From: Paraspadella gotoi
Lineage: Eukaryota > Animalia > Chaetognatha
Direction of reading: 5' to 3'
Length of the DNA stretch: 64,000 nucleotides
Assembly (NCBI GenBank): GCA_051294375.1
Contig: CM119271.1
Location: 15,568,770-15,632,769, forward strand
Under the pieces are notes generated by a model. It was not told the DNA's origin. It ran no database searches and saw nothing but the letters and a program-made list of their open reading frames with translations. Shown in pieces: positions 1 through 9,559 of this stretch. How positions within the stretch are numbered: the stretch's first letter is position 1; every line of letters begins with the position of its first letter. A program made the position numbers and the translations under genes.

Positions 1-86
1 CCGAAGACGTTGACGCCCTCTTCAACCTGCGGACCCAACTGGACGACCTGTTCCACCGTCTCCTTCTTTTGCTTTCGCGGCGCCAT
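1..86 (-). CDS. RPS14: 40S ribosomal protein S14, first coding exon (runs off window)
   Basis: Hand translation from the ATG at 86 gives MAPRKQKKETVEQVVQLGPQVEEGVNVFG, matching the uS11/RPS14 N-terminus (MAPRK...LGPQV.EG.NVFG). Confidence 0.93.
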   Translation of the reverse strand, partial: MAPRKQKKETVEQVVQLGPQVEEGVNVF

Positions 87-553
87 TTTTCAAAAAAATG
101 TTTTTTCTTTAGTTTATTCTTAGGAATCTGAAAGAATATAATCACATGTAATCATAGAATTATGAAAGATCAACTTCCTTTCGAAAAACTAGAAATAGAA
201 TGGCAGAATTTTAAAAATAGCTTAATAAAAGTTTATTTTAAAATGTGCGAAAAAAATTTATCAAAAATTGGTCAAACAAATTTCTCAAAGCATCAAATAG
301 AAAAAAGTATGATAAACTCAAAGATAATAAAAAAAAAAAAAGATTTTTAAAATTGTTTTCAGTCTCGGTTTAAAACCCGAAAATTAACTTAGTTGTTAAC
401 CCGAATCTTTTCCCCTCAAAACGAAATCAGCAAATTCAGTTTTAATTTCTAGTCTCTTTTTTTTACGAAACGAAATAAAAAAAGGCGATGAATTTAATTA
501 GTTCAAATTAGGACGATTATTTTGAAACCCTCGTCTCCAGATCGGGTTCGACG

Positions 554-558
<5 letters not shown>

Positions 559-615
<57 letters not shown>
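559..615. repeat. (GA)n microsatellite
   Basis: Pure AG dinucleotide run. Confidence 0.95.
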
Positions 616-617
<2 letters not shown>

Positions 618-751
618 AGGTGAGTTTAATCATTAACTCATTCTGATTTTTTAAGTTTATCCGATCGGCTAAAAATAGATCAAAAACGAAAATAACAGCC
701 AACGCTATCTGTGTCACCAATAAATAATAAACATGTTAACAGATTGAAAAC

Positions 752-2455
752 CTATAACTTCCACGTTTCCCCATCTTCCTCCCTCATCTCTTTCTCATTC
801 TTCTTCTTCTTCTCCTCTTCTTCGAACAAAGCGAGACACAATTCGCGGACTCGTCGTTTCCTTCCATCATCCATTTGTTCTCGCGTCGTCTTTATTTCTT
901 CTCTTATCGTCATATCGTCTGGCGTCGCCGGATCCTGCTTCGCGACCGTTTCTGATTGCCCTTCCTTCGACTTGGCCTCAAACTTGGCCCGTCGTCTGAT
1001 TCTTTGCGCCTGTCGTCGTCTAGAGTTCCTACTTTTTATTTTATTCGCGTTAGCATCGTTTTTAGTCACAGCGGCCGAAGTCGTGGGAGTTTTAGCGCTC
1101 ATGAGCGGAACGTCGGTTTTTTGGGTTTTATTCTTTGGGTTTTGTTTTTTTTTAATTATCTGTGATTTCGAGGGATGAGAATTCTCGGTTGGCTTTGATC
1201 TTTTTCGACATCGACGCGAATCCCGAGTCGACGAGTTGGTCAGTTGTCCAGTGGTCGCGCCATGATTTGTGGGGAAATACCCGTCGAAAAAGGCGGAATT
1301 GGAAGAGTCTTCGCGTCCCAGACCCCAATTTCCGTCGGAGGTCGGCCCGTCGCTATGACAACCCAGAGTCTCATTCGTGAATTCATCGTAAGCATCTCCT
1401 TGACCGAAACGATGATAAGAGTTGGCTGAAGATCGGTGCGACTTAGAAAAGAGGAATCTGGGTTTTGGAGATCGAAAGCGATCGAGTCGAGTTTGTCGAT
1501 AAGACGAAGTTTTCCCTGGAGGAGACGTTGAGTCTAAGAAGGAATCGTCGTTCCAACCTTCGGGGTAAATCGAGGAAGAAGCAAACCCGTTGTCGTTGAC
1601 TATTGCGACTAACTCTTTGGATTCAGACCGTTCAAACTCCCTTACATCCGAAGGTCCCGACACCCTTGAAGAAGCTAACTGGTAGTCGCCTAACTTTACA
1701 TCCAGTTCTTGCGACAGAGTTGCAGACCTGTTACTGCCGAGCCTTGCATCCAACTTTCTTGATGACGAATACCGGTCGCCGCCTACTGAAGATTTGAACT
1801 GATGGCCTAACCTTGCATGCAATTCTTTGGGAGAAGTAGACCGGTCCCGGTTGTTGCCTAAATTTGCATCGAACCGGTCGCCATCTCTCCTTGCTGAAGT
1901 AACGAACTGGTTGTCGCCTCTAGACGAAGAAGCGGGCCGGTCACGGCTTTCCCTCTTAACCATCGGTCTAGATGAAGACGTAAACCGGTCGCTGCTCAAC
2001 CTCGCGTCCAACTCCTTTGATGAAGAAGCGAAACGGTCTCTTCCCAGCCTCGAGTCCAACTCTCTGAAATCGTCCCTGGCCGTTGAGGAAAACTCCTCGT
2101 AAAGGGCGATGACTTCAGCGTCGGGATAAACGCAGACGGGCATCCCGGTCGAAGACCAAATTGGCGGTTTGTCCACGATCGTCATCCCGCGAAAGTATAC
2201 TTCGTCCTTCCAATCAGCGATCGCCCGCGTCAACTCCCTCGTCGACCGCACCACGATGACTTCCCGCCGATCGAGTCTCCCGTCGAAGGATTTGTCCAAC
2301 GACTTGGCCGAGTGTGGTCCGGAAAGACGAAGGCGCCACAACTCGCCCGTCACCGACGACCCAACCGCCACGAGGCGCTCCTCGCCGTCTCGTCCGGTTG
2401 GAAGGGGGTAGATGACGACAACAACGACTTGATGGTCAAATGTCAAAGTCGCCAT
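752..2455 (-). CDS. Orphan 567-aa protein: ~100-aa N-terminal domain shared with 4353-4754, degenerate ELD.RL..DRF.SSS repeats, basic/charged C-terminus
   Basis: Long intronless ORF starting GACATGG with exon-like GC content; clear paralogy with the 4353-4754 ORF; no family recognised. Confidence 0.7.
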   Translation of the reverse strand: MATLTFDHQVVVVVIYPLPTGRDGEERLVAVGSSVTGELWRLRLSGPHSAKSLDKSFDGRLDRREVIVVRSTRELTRAIADWKDEVYFRGMTIVDKPPIWSSTGMPVCVYPDAEVIALYEEFSSTARDDFRELDSRLGRDRFASSSKELDARLSSDRFTSSSRPMVKRESRDRPASSSRGDNQFVTSARRDGDRFDANLGNNRDRSTSPKELHARLGHQFKSSVGGDRYSSSRKLDARLGSNRSATLSQELDVKLGDYQLASSRVSGPSDVREFERSESKELVAIVNDNGFASSSIYPEGWNDDSFLDSTSPPGKTSSYRQTRLDRFRSPKPRFLFSKSHRSSANSYHRFGQGDAYDEFTNETLGCHSDGPTSDGNWGLGREDSSNSAFFDGYFPTNHGATTGQLTNSSTRDSRRCRKRSKPTENSHPSKSQIIKKKQNPKNKTQKTDVPLMSAKTPTTSAAVTKNDANANKIKSRNSRRRQAQRIRRRAKFEAKSKEGQSETVAKQDPATPDDMTIREEIKTTREQMDDGRKRRVRELCLALFEEEEKKKKNEKEMREEDGETWKL

Positions 2456-2748
2456 GTCGATATCAAAGGGGGCGTGGCTGACAATTGATTTCTTCGCTAT
2501 TAATTAATCAATAATTTTCATTAATATTCAACCTAAAGCAAATAAGGAAAAATAAATTAGGTTCTGGTGATATACATACATAATTAATTATAACTAAGAT
2601 CAAAAAGGTTTTAATATTCAACTCTCGACGATCAGGGCTGAAACAAATACGAAAGAAAAATTAACTAATTGTTGTGACCACTGGAAGAGTCTATTCTTTG
2701 AATTTAGCTTACAGGGTATTTCCACAAGTGTTGGAAAATTGAAATTGA

Positions 2749-3630
2749 CTACACGGAGATCGAATCCAAGTTGACCACTTCCACGCCGCTCATCTTTTTC
2801 ATCTCCCTCGCGACGGACATCAACAATTTCTGAGAAATCCTCGGTTTGTTTTCTTGATAATTTTCCTCCAAAGTTGGAGGGTAAATGATGCTGATATTGA
2901 GTGGATTCTTTTCTTTTCTCACTCCTTCCCATTTCTTTTTCTTCTTATTTTCTCTCACTCCTTCACACTCCATTACCAATTGCCTCTCTTTTCTCACTCC
3001 TACCCACTCCACCATCACTTCCTCCTCATCTCTCGCTTCTACCCACCCATTTACTAAGTTTCTATCTTTTCTCACTCCTTCCCACTCCACCATCATTTCC
3101 TCTTCATCTATCGCTCCTTCCCACTCATTTTTCATGCTTCTCTCTTTTCTCACTCCTTCCCACTCCACCATCACTTCCTCCTCATCTCTCGCTTCTACCC
3201 ACTCATTTTTCATGCTTCTCTCTTTTCTCACTCCTTCCCACTCCACTATCACTTCCTCCTCCTTTTCGCACTTTCCCGCCCACTCCGCCACCACTTTCTC
3301 CCACTTTTCCCTCTCTTGCTCCAAGGCCAAGTTCACTTTTCTTTTTCTTCTTTTCCTTTTCTTTCCCATCGTCGTGGATGTTCCCTTCACTATTGACTTT
3401 GACGCAATCGAATCAAGACGCCGCTGTTGCTTGGCAACCGAGGAAAAAGAATCAACGGATCCCAAGGAGAATGGATTACTGTGAGATGTTGTGGACTTCA
3501 TTGAGGGCTTAGCCTTTGGAACTGGCTCGTTCGTCAATTTCGATTTTGGATCGGCGTTACTTTTAGATTTTTTGTAAGCGACAACATTAGTAATTTTTTT
3601 AGCTTTCCTCTTACTTCCGGAATATCCCAT
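2749..3630 (-). CDS. Orphan 293-aa protein, Lys-rich N-terminus and ~26-aa Glu/Trp-rich tandem repeats
   Basis: ORF with 3-4 copies of VEWEGVRKERSMKNEWVEARDEEEVM (78-bp unit). Coding status is less certain because the repeat keeps several frames open. Confidence 0.5.
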   Translation of the reverse strand: MGYSGSKRKAKKITNVVAYKKSKSNADPKSKLTNEPVPKAKPSMKSTTSHSNPFSLGSVDSFSSVAKQQRRLDSIASKSIVKGTSTTMGKKRKRRKRKVNLALEQEREKWEKVVAEWAGKCEKEEEVIVEWEGVRKERSMKNEWVEARDEEEVMVEWEGVRKERSMKNEWEGAIDEEEMMVEWEGVRKDRNLVNGWVEARDEEEVMVEWVGVRKERQLVMECEGVRENKKKKKWEGVRKEKNPLNISIIYPPTLEENYQENKPRISQKLLMSVAREMKKMSGVEVVNLDSISV

Positions 3631-3944
3631 TAAAAATGGCGAGCTCCCATCGGACTTCGAGTTTAAATCTGACCCTTTGGTTAAGGGGACCGGCTGATTA
3701 TTCTTAGGATTAAAAGAGTTGATTCCACTCTGAAGCGAAGGATGTGTTGGAGAGACTTTTGTAAAAAGAAAGGAATATCTCTTACTGACTTAGTCTTAGG
3801 ATTGTAAGGATTAAATTAATTTAGAAAACAAAAGTCTCTCCAACAGTTGAAGAAAAAATTACAAATTAAAAAAAAAACTCGGGTGTATAAAAAAAGCTAA
3901 AACTTGAAAGTAACAACTTTAATAAGCTCTTGGTCTTATAATGA

Positions 3945-4210
3945 AGGTATGGCAACAGCCGGGTAGCCTGTGATGCCCATTGGGATGGGGCATCTCACTG
4001 TTGGCTCTGGGGGCTTCCGACCCTCAGTGACGCATCCAGTCACTAGCGCGGCTACCCTCGGACGGTCTCGCTTTGCCAACGCAGAGGGAAGTCGTTAGGA
4101 CTGTGGATGGAACACTACGCCTGGGATAGTGTGTTCCCCCTCTGAGCCAATGGATTTGGCTGAACGATGGTGGACGTGAGTTGGTGTGAATATACCGCCA
4201 CAAAGGGCCA
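3945..4210. ncRNA. Candidate structured RNA or retroelement UTR remnant
   Basis: GC-rich island in AT-rich DNA with nested complementary segments (GGTAGCC/GGCTACC, GATGCCC/GGGCATC, AGTGAC/GTCACT, TTGGCTC/GAGCCAA, CAGAGGG/CCCTCTG, GGAACAC/GTGTTCC, terminal GGTAT/ATACC); no long ORF. Confidence 0.35.
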
Positions 4211-4352
4211 TTATTTTAGGGTCAAAAAATTAGTGGGTGTACAAAGAAATCTGAAACTTATTTCTTACGATGTTTAAAGGTTTAAACTGATTGCCCTAAA
4301 AAAATATGAATTTATTAAATAAAATGAACCCCGAGTTTTTTTTGTTTTTTTT

Positions 4353-4754
4353 TTAAAGGCCAACCCCGCTTCCTTGCTCATTGGGAGAATCGGAAGCCTT
4401 TGACCCCCAGAAGGTCGTAGTGGACCAAACGGGACTCTTGTCCGTCACGAAGATTCCGCCCACGCCTCCGCCCACAGCTCCGCCCACTGCTCCGCCATTC
4501 TCCCTCCAATCGGCGATGGCCAACATCATATCTTTCGACGGACGAACGAATACGATCTCCCGATCTTCGAGTCGATCCAACGTTCGCGTCAAACTCGCCT
4601 CCAACGATGTCGCCGTCAGAGGTCTCGCGAGAGGGAGACGCCATTTATTTCCCCCAACCGTCATCGCCATGGCGACGAGTTTTCCTTCGCCGCGTCCGGT
4701 TCGCGGACACTCCTGGACGACGACGACGCGGTGGTCAAAGGAGAGGGTCGCCAT
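4353..4754 (-). CDS. Orphan 133-aa protein, stand-alone copy of the N-terminal domain of 752-2455
   Basis: MATLSFDHRVVVV...WRLPL...LDR...AIADWRE...DKSPVWST aligns by eye with MATLTFDHQVVVV...WRLRL...LDR...AIADWKD...DKPPIWSS. Confidence 0.7.
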   Translation of the reverse strand: MATLSFDHRVVVVQECPRTGRGEGKLVAMAMTVGGNKWRLPLARPLTATSLEASLTRTLDRLEDREIVFVRPSKDMMLAIADWRENGGAVGGAVGGGVGGIFVTDKSPVWSTTTFWGSKASDSPNEQGSGVGL

Positions 4755-5278
4755 TTGAGCGGACGACGAGAAGGTTGGACGTGAAGGAGGAAACTTGAAA
4801 TTTGGTTGTTTATGTAACTGACTTTATAAAATTTAGTCAAAGTTAAAACGTAATAACAAAATTCTGACAAAAAATGGTAAGAGAAAAAAAAAGAGCAAAG
4901 GCCCAGAGCGGCGGTAGTCGAGACTCGTGACGTTATCCTCGTTCTTGGCGCCAAAGTTTGAATGTTATAACGAATTAATTTTTTTTTAAACAAAACCTTC
5001 ATGTGAGAAAAAGAATAGGTATTCAACGATTTATAATTGCAAATAAAAAACTCTCAATAAGTATCACATTTTATTTTCGAGAATTCATTCCAACAACATT
5101 CACAACCATTAAAATTTGTTCAAATTTATAAATAATAAAAAGAAAGTTTAAATGGAATGCCAAGTGCTTACCCTCAACGACGATCCCAAAAACGATCGAT
5201 AATTTTAAAAAACCAATTACGTTGCACAAATTAACCCAACGCAGCGCGACGCTACGTTACGCGTATCATCCCGTCCCT

Positions 5279-6205
5279 TCATTCCGTTTTGCCTTCTCTT
5301 CCGACGAAGGAATCCATGAGGTCCGTCCCGCCCAAAAAGTCTGACAACGCCCTCATGGCTTTGGTCGGCAGGAGAGGCTTGATGATGTAGAGGCACCACA
5401 TGATCCTCGGCGCCAAGACAAAGTCCGTCTCTGTTAGGACGGCGTCGACGACGAGGTCCGCCACGTATTCCGGAGTCAAAACCGGAAGGAGGCCGGGAAA
5501 CCTCGATGCGGCGCCGGCGAAGAGGCCCGTCGAGATTATGTAGGGACAGACGGTGGTGACTTTGACGCCGTCTTTGCCTTCGCCGTGCAGCTCGACGGCG
5601 AGGCTCTCCGCGAACCCGACGGCGGCGTGCTTGGAGGCGCAGTAGTCTGCCAACTTGCGAAGGCCGAAGAGACCGGCGGAGGAGGCGATGATGACCACGT
5701 GACCCGCGTTACGTCGCATCATTCCCGCCAAAAATTCGCGCGTGGTCCACATGACGGCGTCGGCATTGACCTTCATCACTTTGGCAGAGGACGCCGGGGG
5801 CGTGTCCATTATTAACTTGCCGCAAACGATACCGGCGTTGTTGACGAGGATGTCGACGAGGCCGATTTCCGCCTCCACGCGGCGCGCCGTATCCTCGAGC
5901 CGATCGGCGTCGCAGAGATCGATCGTGTAAGGAAAGGCGACGCCGCCGGCTGCGCGGATCTTGGCCGCCGTGTCGGCGTTGCCGGAGGGATTGACGTCCC
6001 AGAGGACGACCTTGGCGCCCAGGGAGGCGAAGCGCCGCGCCATGAGGGCGCCGATGCCGGATCCGGCGCCGGTGACCAGAACGATCTTTCCCGAGACGTC
6101 CTTGCGTCGAAGGAGGAAAGGAAGGCAGGTGCGAAGGGCGGCGTCGAACCACGAGACGAGGATGCGAAGGACGAGCGCCAACATTTCCAAGAAAAGACCC
6201 AACAT
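5279..6205 (-). CDS. Short-chain dehydrogenase/reductase, SDR16C (RDH10/SDR16C5/HSD17B11-like), intronless
   Basis: N-terminal hydrophobic anchor, TGAGSGIG Rossmann motif, LVNNAGI, catalytic YCASK, VCPYIISTGLF. Confidence 0.92.
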   Translation of the reverse strand: MLGLFLEMLALVLRILVSWFDAALRTCLPFLLRRKDVSGKIVLVTGAGSGIGALMARRFASLGAKVVLWDVNPSGNADTAAKIRAAGGVAFPYTIDLCDADRLEDTARRVEAEIGLVDILVNNAGIVCGKLIMDTPPASSAKVMKVNADAVMWTTREFLAGMMRRNAGHVVIIASSAGLFGLRKLADYCASKHAAVGFAESLAVELHGEGKDGVKVTTVCPYIISTGLFAGAASRFPGLLPVLTPEYVADLVVDAVLTETDFVLAPRIMWCLYIIKPLLPTKAMRALSDFLGGTDLMDSFVGREGKTE

Positions 6206-6431
6206 TTTTGGGTTTTTGTTGGAAAAGAATAAAATGTTTCGTCGCCTTTTTCAATTCAAAAATAATAATGATGACAATGATGATGCGAGGGTTTGTGGAT
6301 TTCGCAACAAGACTCATTCCAGGAAAATGTTTACCGATCGACGGAATAAAATAAAACAAATAGAAAACATTTAATGGAAAAGTCGAGGGAAATGATTTGG
6401 TGGTTTTCTCAGGTTGCGACGCGAGAGTGGG

Positions 6432-9200
6432 TTACTCAAACTCCTCGTCGATGTCATAAGTCACGAGCGATCTCTGGTCCATATGTTCGCCCTTGTGATC
6501 GTTGGACAACGCCATCGACGTCCACTCCCGCGCCCTTTTGTTTCCGGCTCCGCCCACCCCGCCGGCGTCTCTCTCCGCGGCGGCCACGGCGGCGGCATTG
6601 GCGGCCGACGCCTTCAACGCCTCCACGTCGGGCTGGTGGCGCGCCATGACGACGTGTAGGTGAATGTCGGCCACCATCGTGGCGTCCATGCGGCGGGCGG
6701 CGACGGCGGCGTCTTCAGAGTCGGCGAACGTCACGAACCTAGAGTAATGGAACGAATAGAACTTAATGTTTAAAATGAGTATTAGATCATATATTGTCTT
6801 AAATGGTTAAAAGCAGTTGACCGACCAGTTGTGTGGATTGTCTGGGTCGGCTTTGAGAAGGAGGATGTTGCCGTGGCGAGAGAAGGCCGTTCGAACAATG
6901 TCTTCGTTGAGGCCGTGACCTTTGACGAAGAGAGTGTTGCCCTGGGAAAGATGGAAAATAGGCATAATTTAATGGGCAATTAAATATAGACAGATAGTCT
7001 TTATTATAAGCTTGTAGAATTCTTGACGGTGCCATTTCTACAATGAAATATTCGAATAATAATTTGAAAACTAAATCATTATTAAAACCTATTAAAACCT
7101 ATTAAAAGTATTGGCTAAAACCGTAAAATAAGACTACTATGAAAACTGTATCAAAAAATATGAAAAATGATCTAAACTGCTCAATATGTAAATGAGATTG
7201 AAGAACTCAATTTCATTTGAAATGAACAACAAATTATTCTGCTACACCCCATTGTCATTTAAACTTTTTTGTTTTGAGCTTAGTCTTACCTTGGCCGGGT
7301 GAGTCCGCTTCTTTCTGTCTTCACCTCGCGCGTTCGATGTCGTCCCGATGGAGGGCGCTCTTCTTGTTGGGCGTTCTTCGTCGTCGGCGGCGCCGGCGAA
7401 GCAGCGGGATGCGACTTGCGACGATCAGCGTCCCGCTCTCGTTGTCGGTCCGTTCGCGGACGCGACGATCCAGGTCGGCCGCGTCTTCTTCGGAGGTGGA
7501 TTCTATTCAATGACATTTAACGATTTTTAGAAAAAAATTTTGTAATAAACATGTTAATTATAAATAACTATGAATCAAAAGTTAACCTAGGCAAAGTAAT
7601 TAAATCATAATCCTAATTAATACAATATGCAAATTAGATTAAACTCATTTCATGTATCGAAAGCATATCTTTCTCCATCACCTCGCCTATCTCCCGCTTT
7701 GACGAAGAAGTTGTCGTATGTCCCTACTTTCCGCTTGGCTTCACTTAGCCCGATTCCACTTCCGCCGTTGCTGCTGCTGCTGCTGCCGCCGCGCCCTTCC
7801 TCATCTTTCTCGCTCGACGCCGCTGAGAAGGGAGTGTAGTCGACAGAGGCGTTGCCGCTTTTGTCCGGATCCTCCAGGCGGCGTTCAAGATTGCGAGACC
7901 GTTTGAATTCCTGGGGTTAAAAGATAATTGATAATAATAAATCATTTCAAATTAATTTTAAAACATTTTTATTTAGTTGAGATAGTCGCGCGGCGGCCAA
8001 AAGTATTTAAATCTAAATAAATACTTTCTCTGACACTAATTTATCGCCCCCCCCCCGAAAAATGGAGATCAAAACGACAACAACAAGTGTTACCTGTTTC
8101 TTTCTCTCGTTGATATTGATCTTGATGAGTCCCTTCGCCACGAGAAGCTTCGCCTCTTCCTTCCGTTGCTCCGCCGTCTTCTCCGTCTCTGAAACATGGA
8201 AGATGTCCAATGAGTATCATTAAAAACTAAAGATTAATTATTAAATTAATATTTATTAATATTAACCTTCGACTCGTTCTCTTGGTTTTTTATCAATAAA
8301 AACTAAAGATTAATTATTAAATTGATATTTATTAATATTAACCTTCGACTCGTCCTCTCGATTTTTTATTAATAAAAACTAAAGATTAATTATTAAATTG
8401 ATATTTATTAATATTAACCTTCGACTCGTCCTCTCGATTTTTTATCAATAAAAACTAAAGATTAAGTATTAAATTAATATTTATTAATATTAACCTTCGA
8501 CTCGACCTCTCGATTTTTTTCCGTCCACCGATTTGGATTCTGATTTGGAGGAGGAAGAGGAAGAGGAGAGGCTTTTTCCCTTCGATTCCTCCTTCGACGA
8601 TTTCTTTTGTCCTGAGACACTTTGTCCCGACTGAGGACAAGGAGGAATAAAATGACAAGGACATTGGACCAGTAAAATGTCAAGGGCGAAGAACAATACA
8701 TTACTAAGGGCTAGGAACAATCTCATATCAAGAGACCCAAAAATATTAAGCGCCAAGGACAAAAACAAAAAAATAGTAAGAACCTAAAATAACAAAGAAT
8801 CAAGGACAAAGAACAAACAAGGATCAAGGACAAAGATCAGACTAGGACAAAGAACGGAAAACAACCTAGGAAAAAGAACAGACAAGAACCAAGAAAAAAG
8901 AATGGACTAAAAACCAAGGAAAAAGAACAAGAACCAAAAACAAAGAACAGAAATATGCCCAGGACAAAAAAAACCAAAATGCCCAAGACAAAGAAGAACA
9001 AAAAAAGAAGATAAATAATACATAAATACAAGAATAATACATAAATAATACATAATCCCGACCTTATTCGTTCCGTCGGCGCCGTTGGACTTGGACGCCT
9101 CCTTCCGCTGCTTCTTCAATTCCGAGAGAATCTTCTTCTGTTTTCTGAGGAGAGCGAATTTCTTTTGGAGTTCCAACTCTTCCTCCGTCAACTGAGTCAT
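6432..9200 (-). CDS. NELFE: Negative elongation factor E (multi-exon)
   Basis: N-terminal LTEEELELQKKFALLRKQKK; AKLLVAKGLI exon; RRM exons (GNTLFVKG...FVTFAD...VVMARHQP); C-terminal RSLVTYD. Confidence 0.85.
8221..8520. repeat. ~76-bp tandem repeat (about 4 units) of NELFE exon end plus splice donor
   Basis: Repeated unit AAAACTAAAGATTAATTATTAAATT.ATATTTATTAATATTAACCTTCGACTCGT.CTCT.G.TTTTTTAT.AAT. Confidence 0.9.
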
Positions 9201-9559
9201 TTTTTACATCCGTTTCTTTTCTTTAATAATTCAGTGAAACTTCTTTAACAAATATATTAATAGATTTGTAAAATAATATAATTCCCTCATTTCTAAGGCG
9301 AAAATTTGGAAAAAAGAGGAGGCGCATAAAAAGAGGACGGCGAGGCGCCGCTGGTTTCTCGGAGGCGATTCTTTCCACGCGAATCACGACGCGTATCACG
9401 TAGCATGGACATTGGACATTGGACAGGGACATGATCCCGATTAACGAAACCATCAACAAAAGAAAGGGACCCAATGACGGACGACGCCGCATCACAGAGA
9501 GACGAGTTGTTATTGTTGTTGACTGTTGTTGATTATTGTCTTCTTTCAAAAGGACGAAA

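Noticed and set aside
711-2411. Several plus-strand ORFs overlapping the 567-aa gene
   Set aside because: Shadow frames of GC-rich coding sequence with no recognisable motifs.
3870-4345. MITE defined by AAAAAAACTCGGG/CCCGAGTTTTTTT around the structured island
   Set aside because: The match is mostly homopolymer, does not extend, and has no target-site duplication.
8221-8520. Regular repeat resembling a CRISPR array
   Set aside because: No unique spacers, no cas genes and a eukaryotic intron context.
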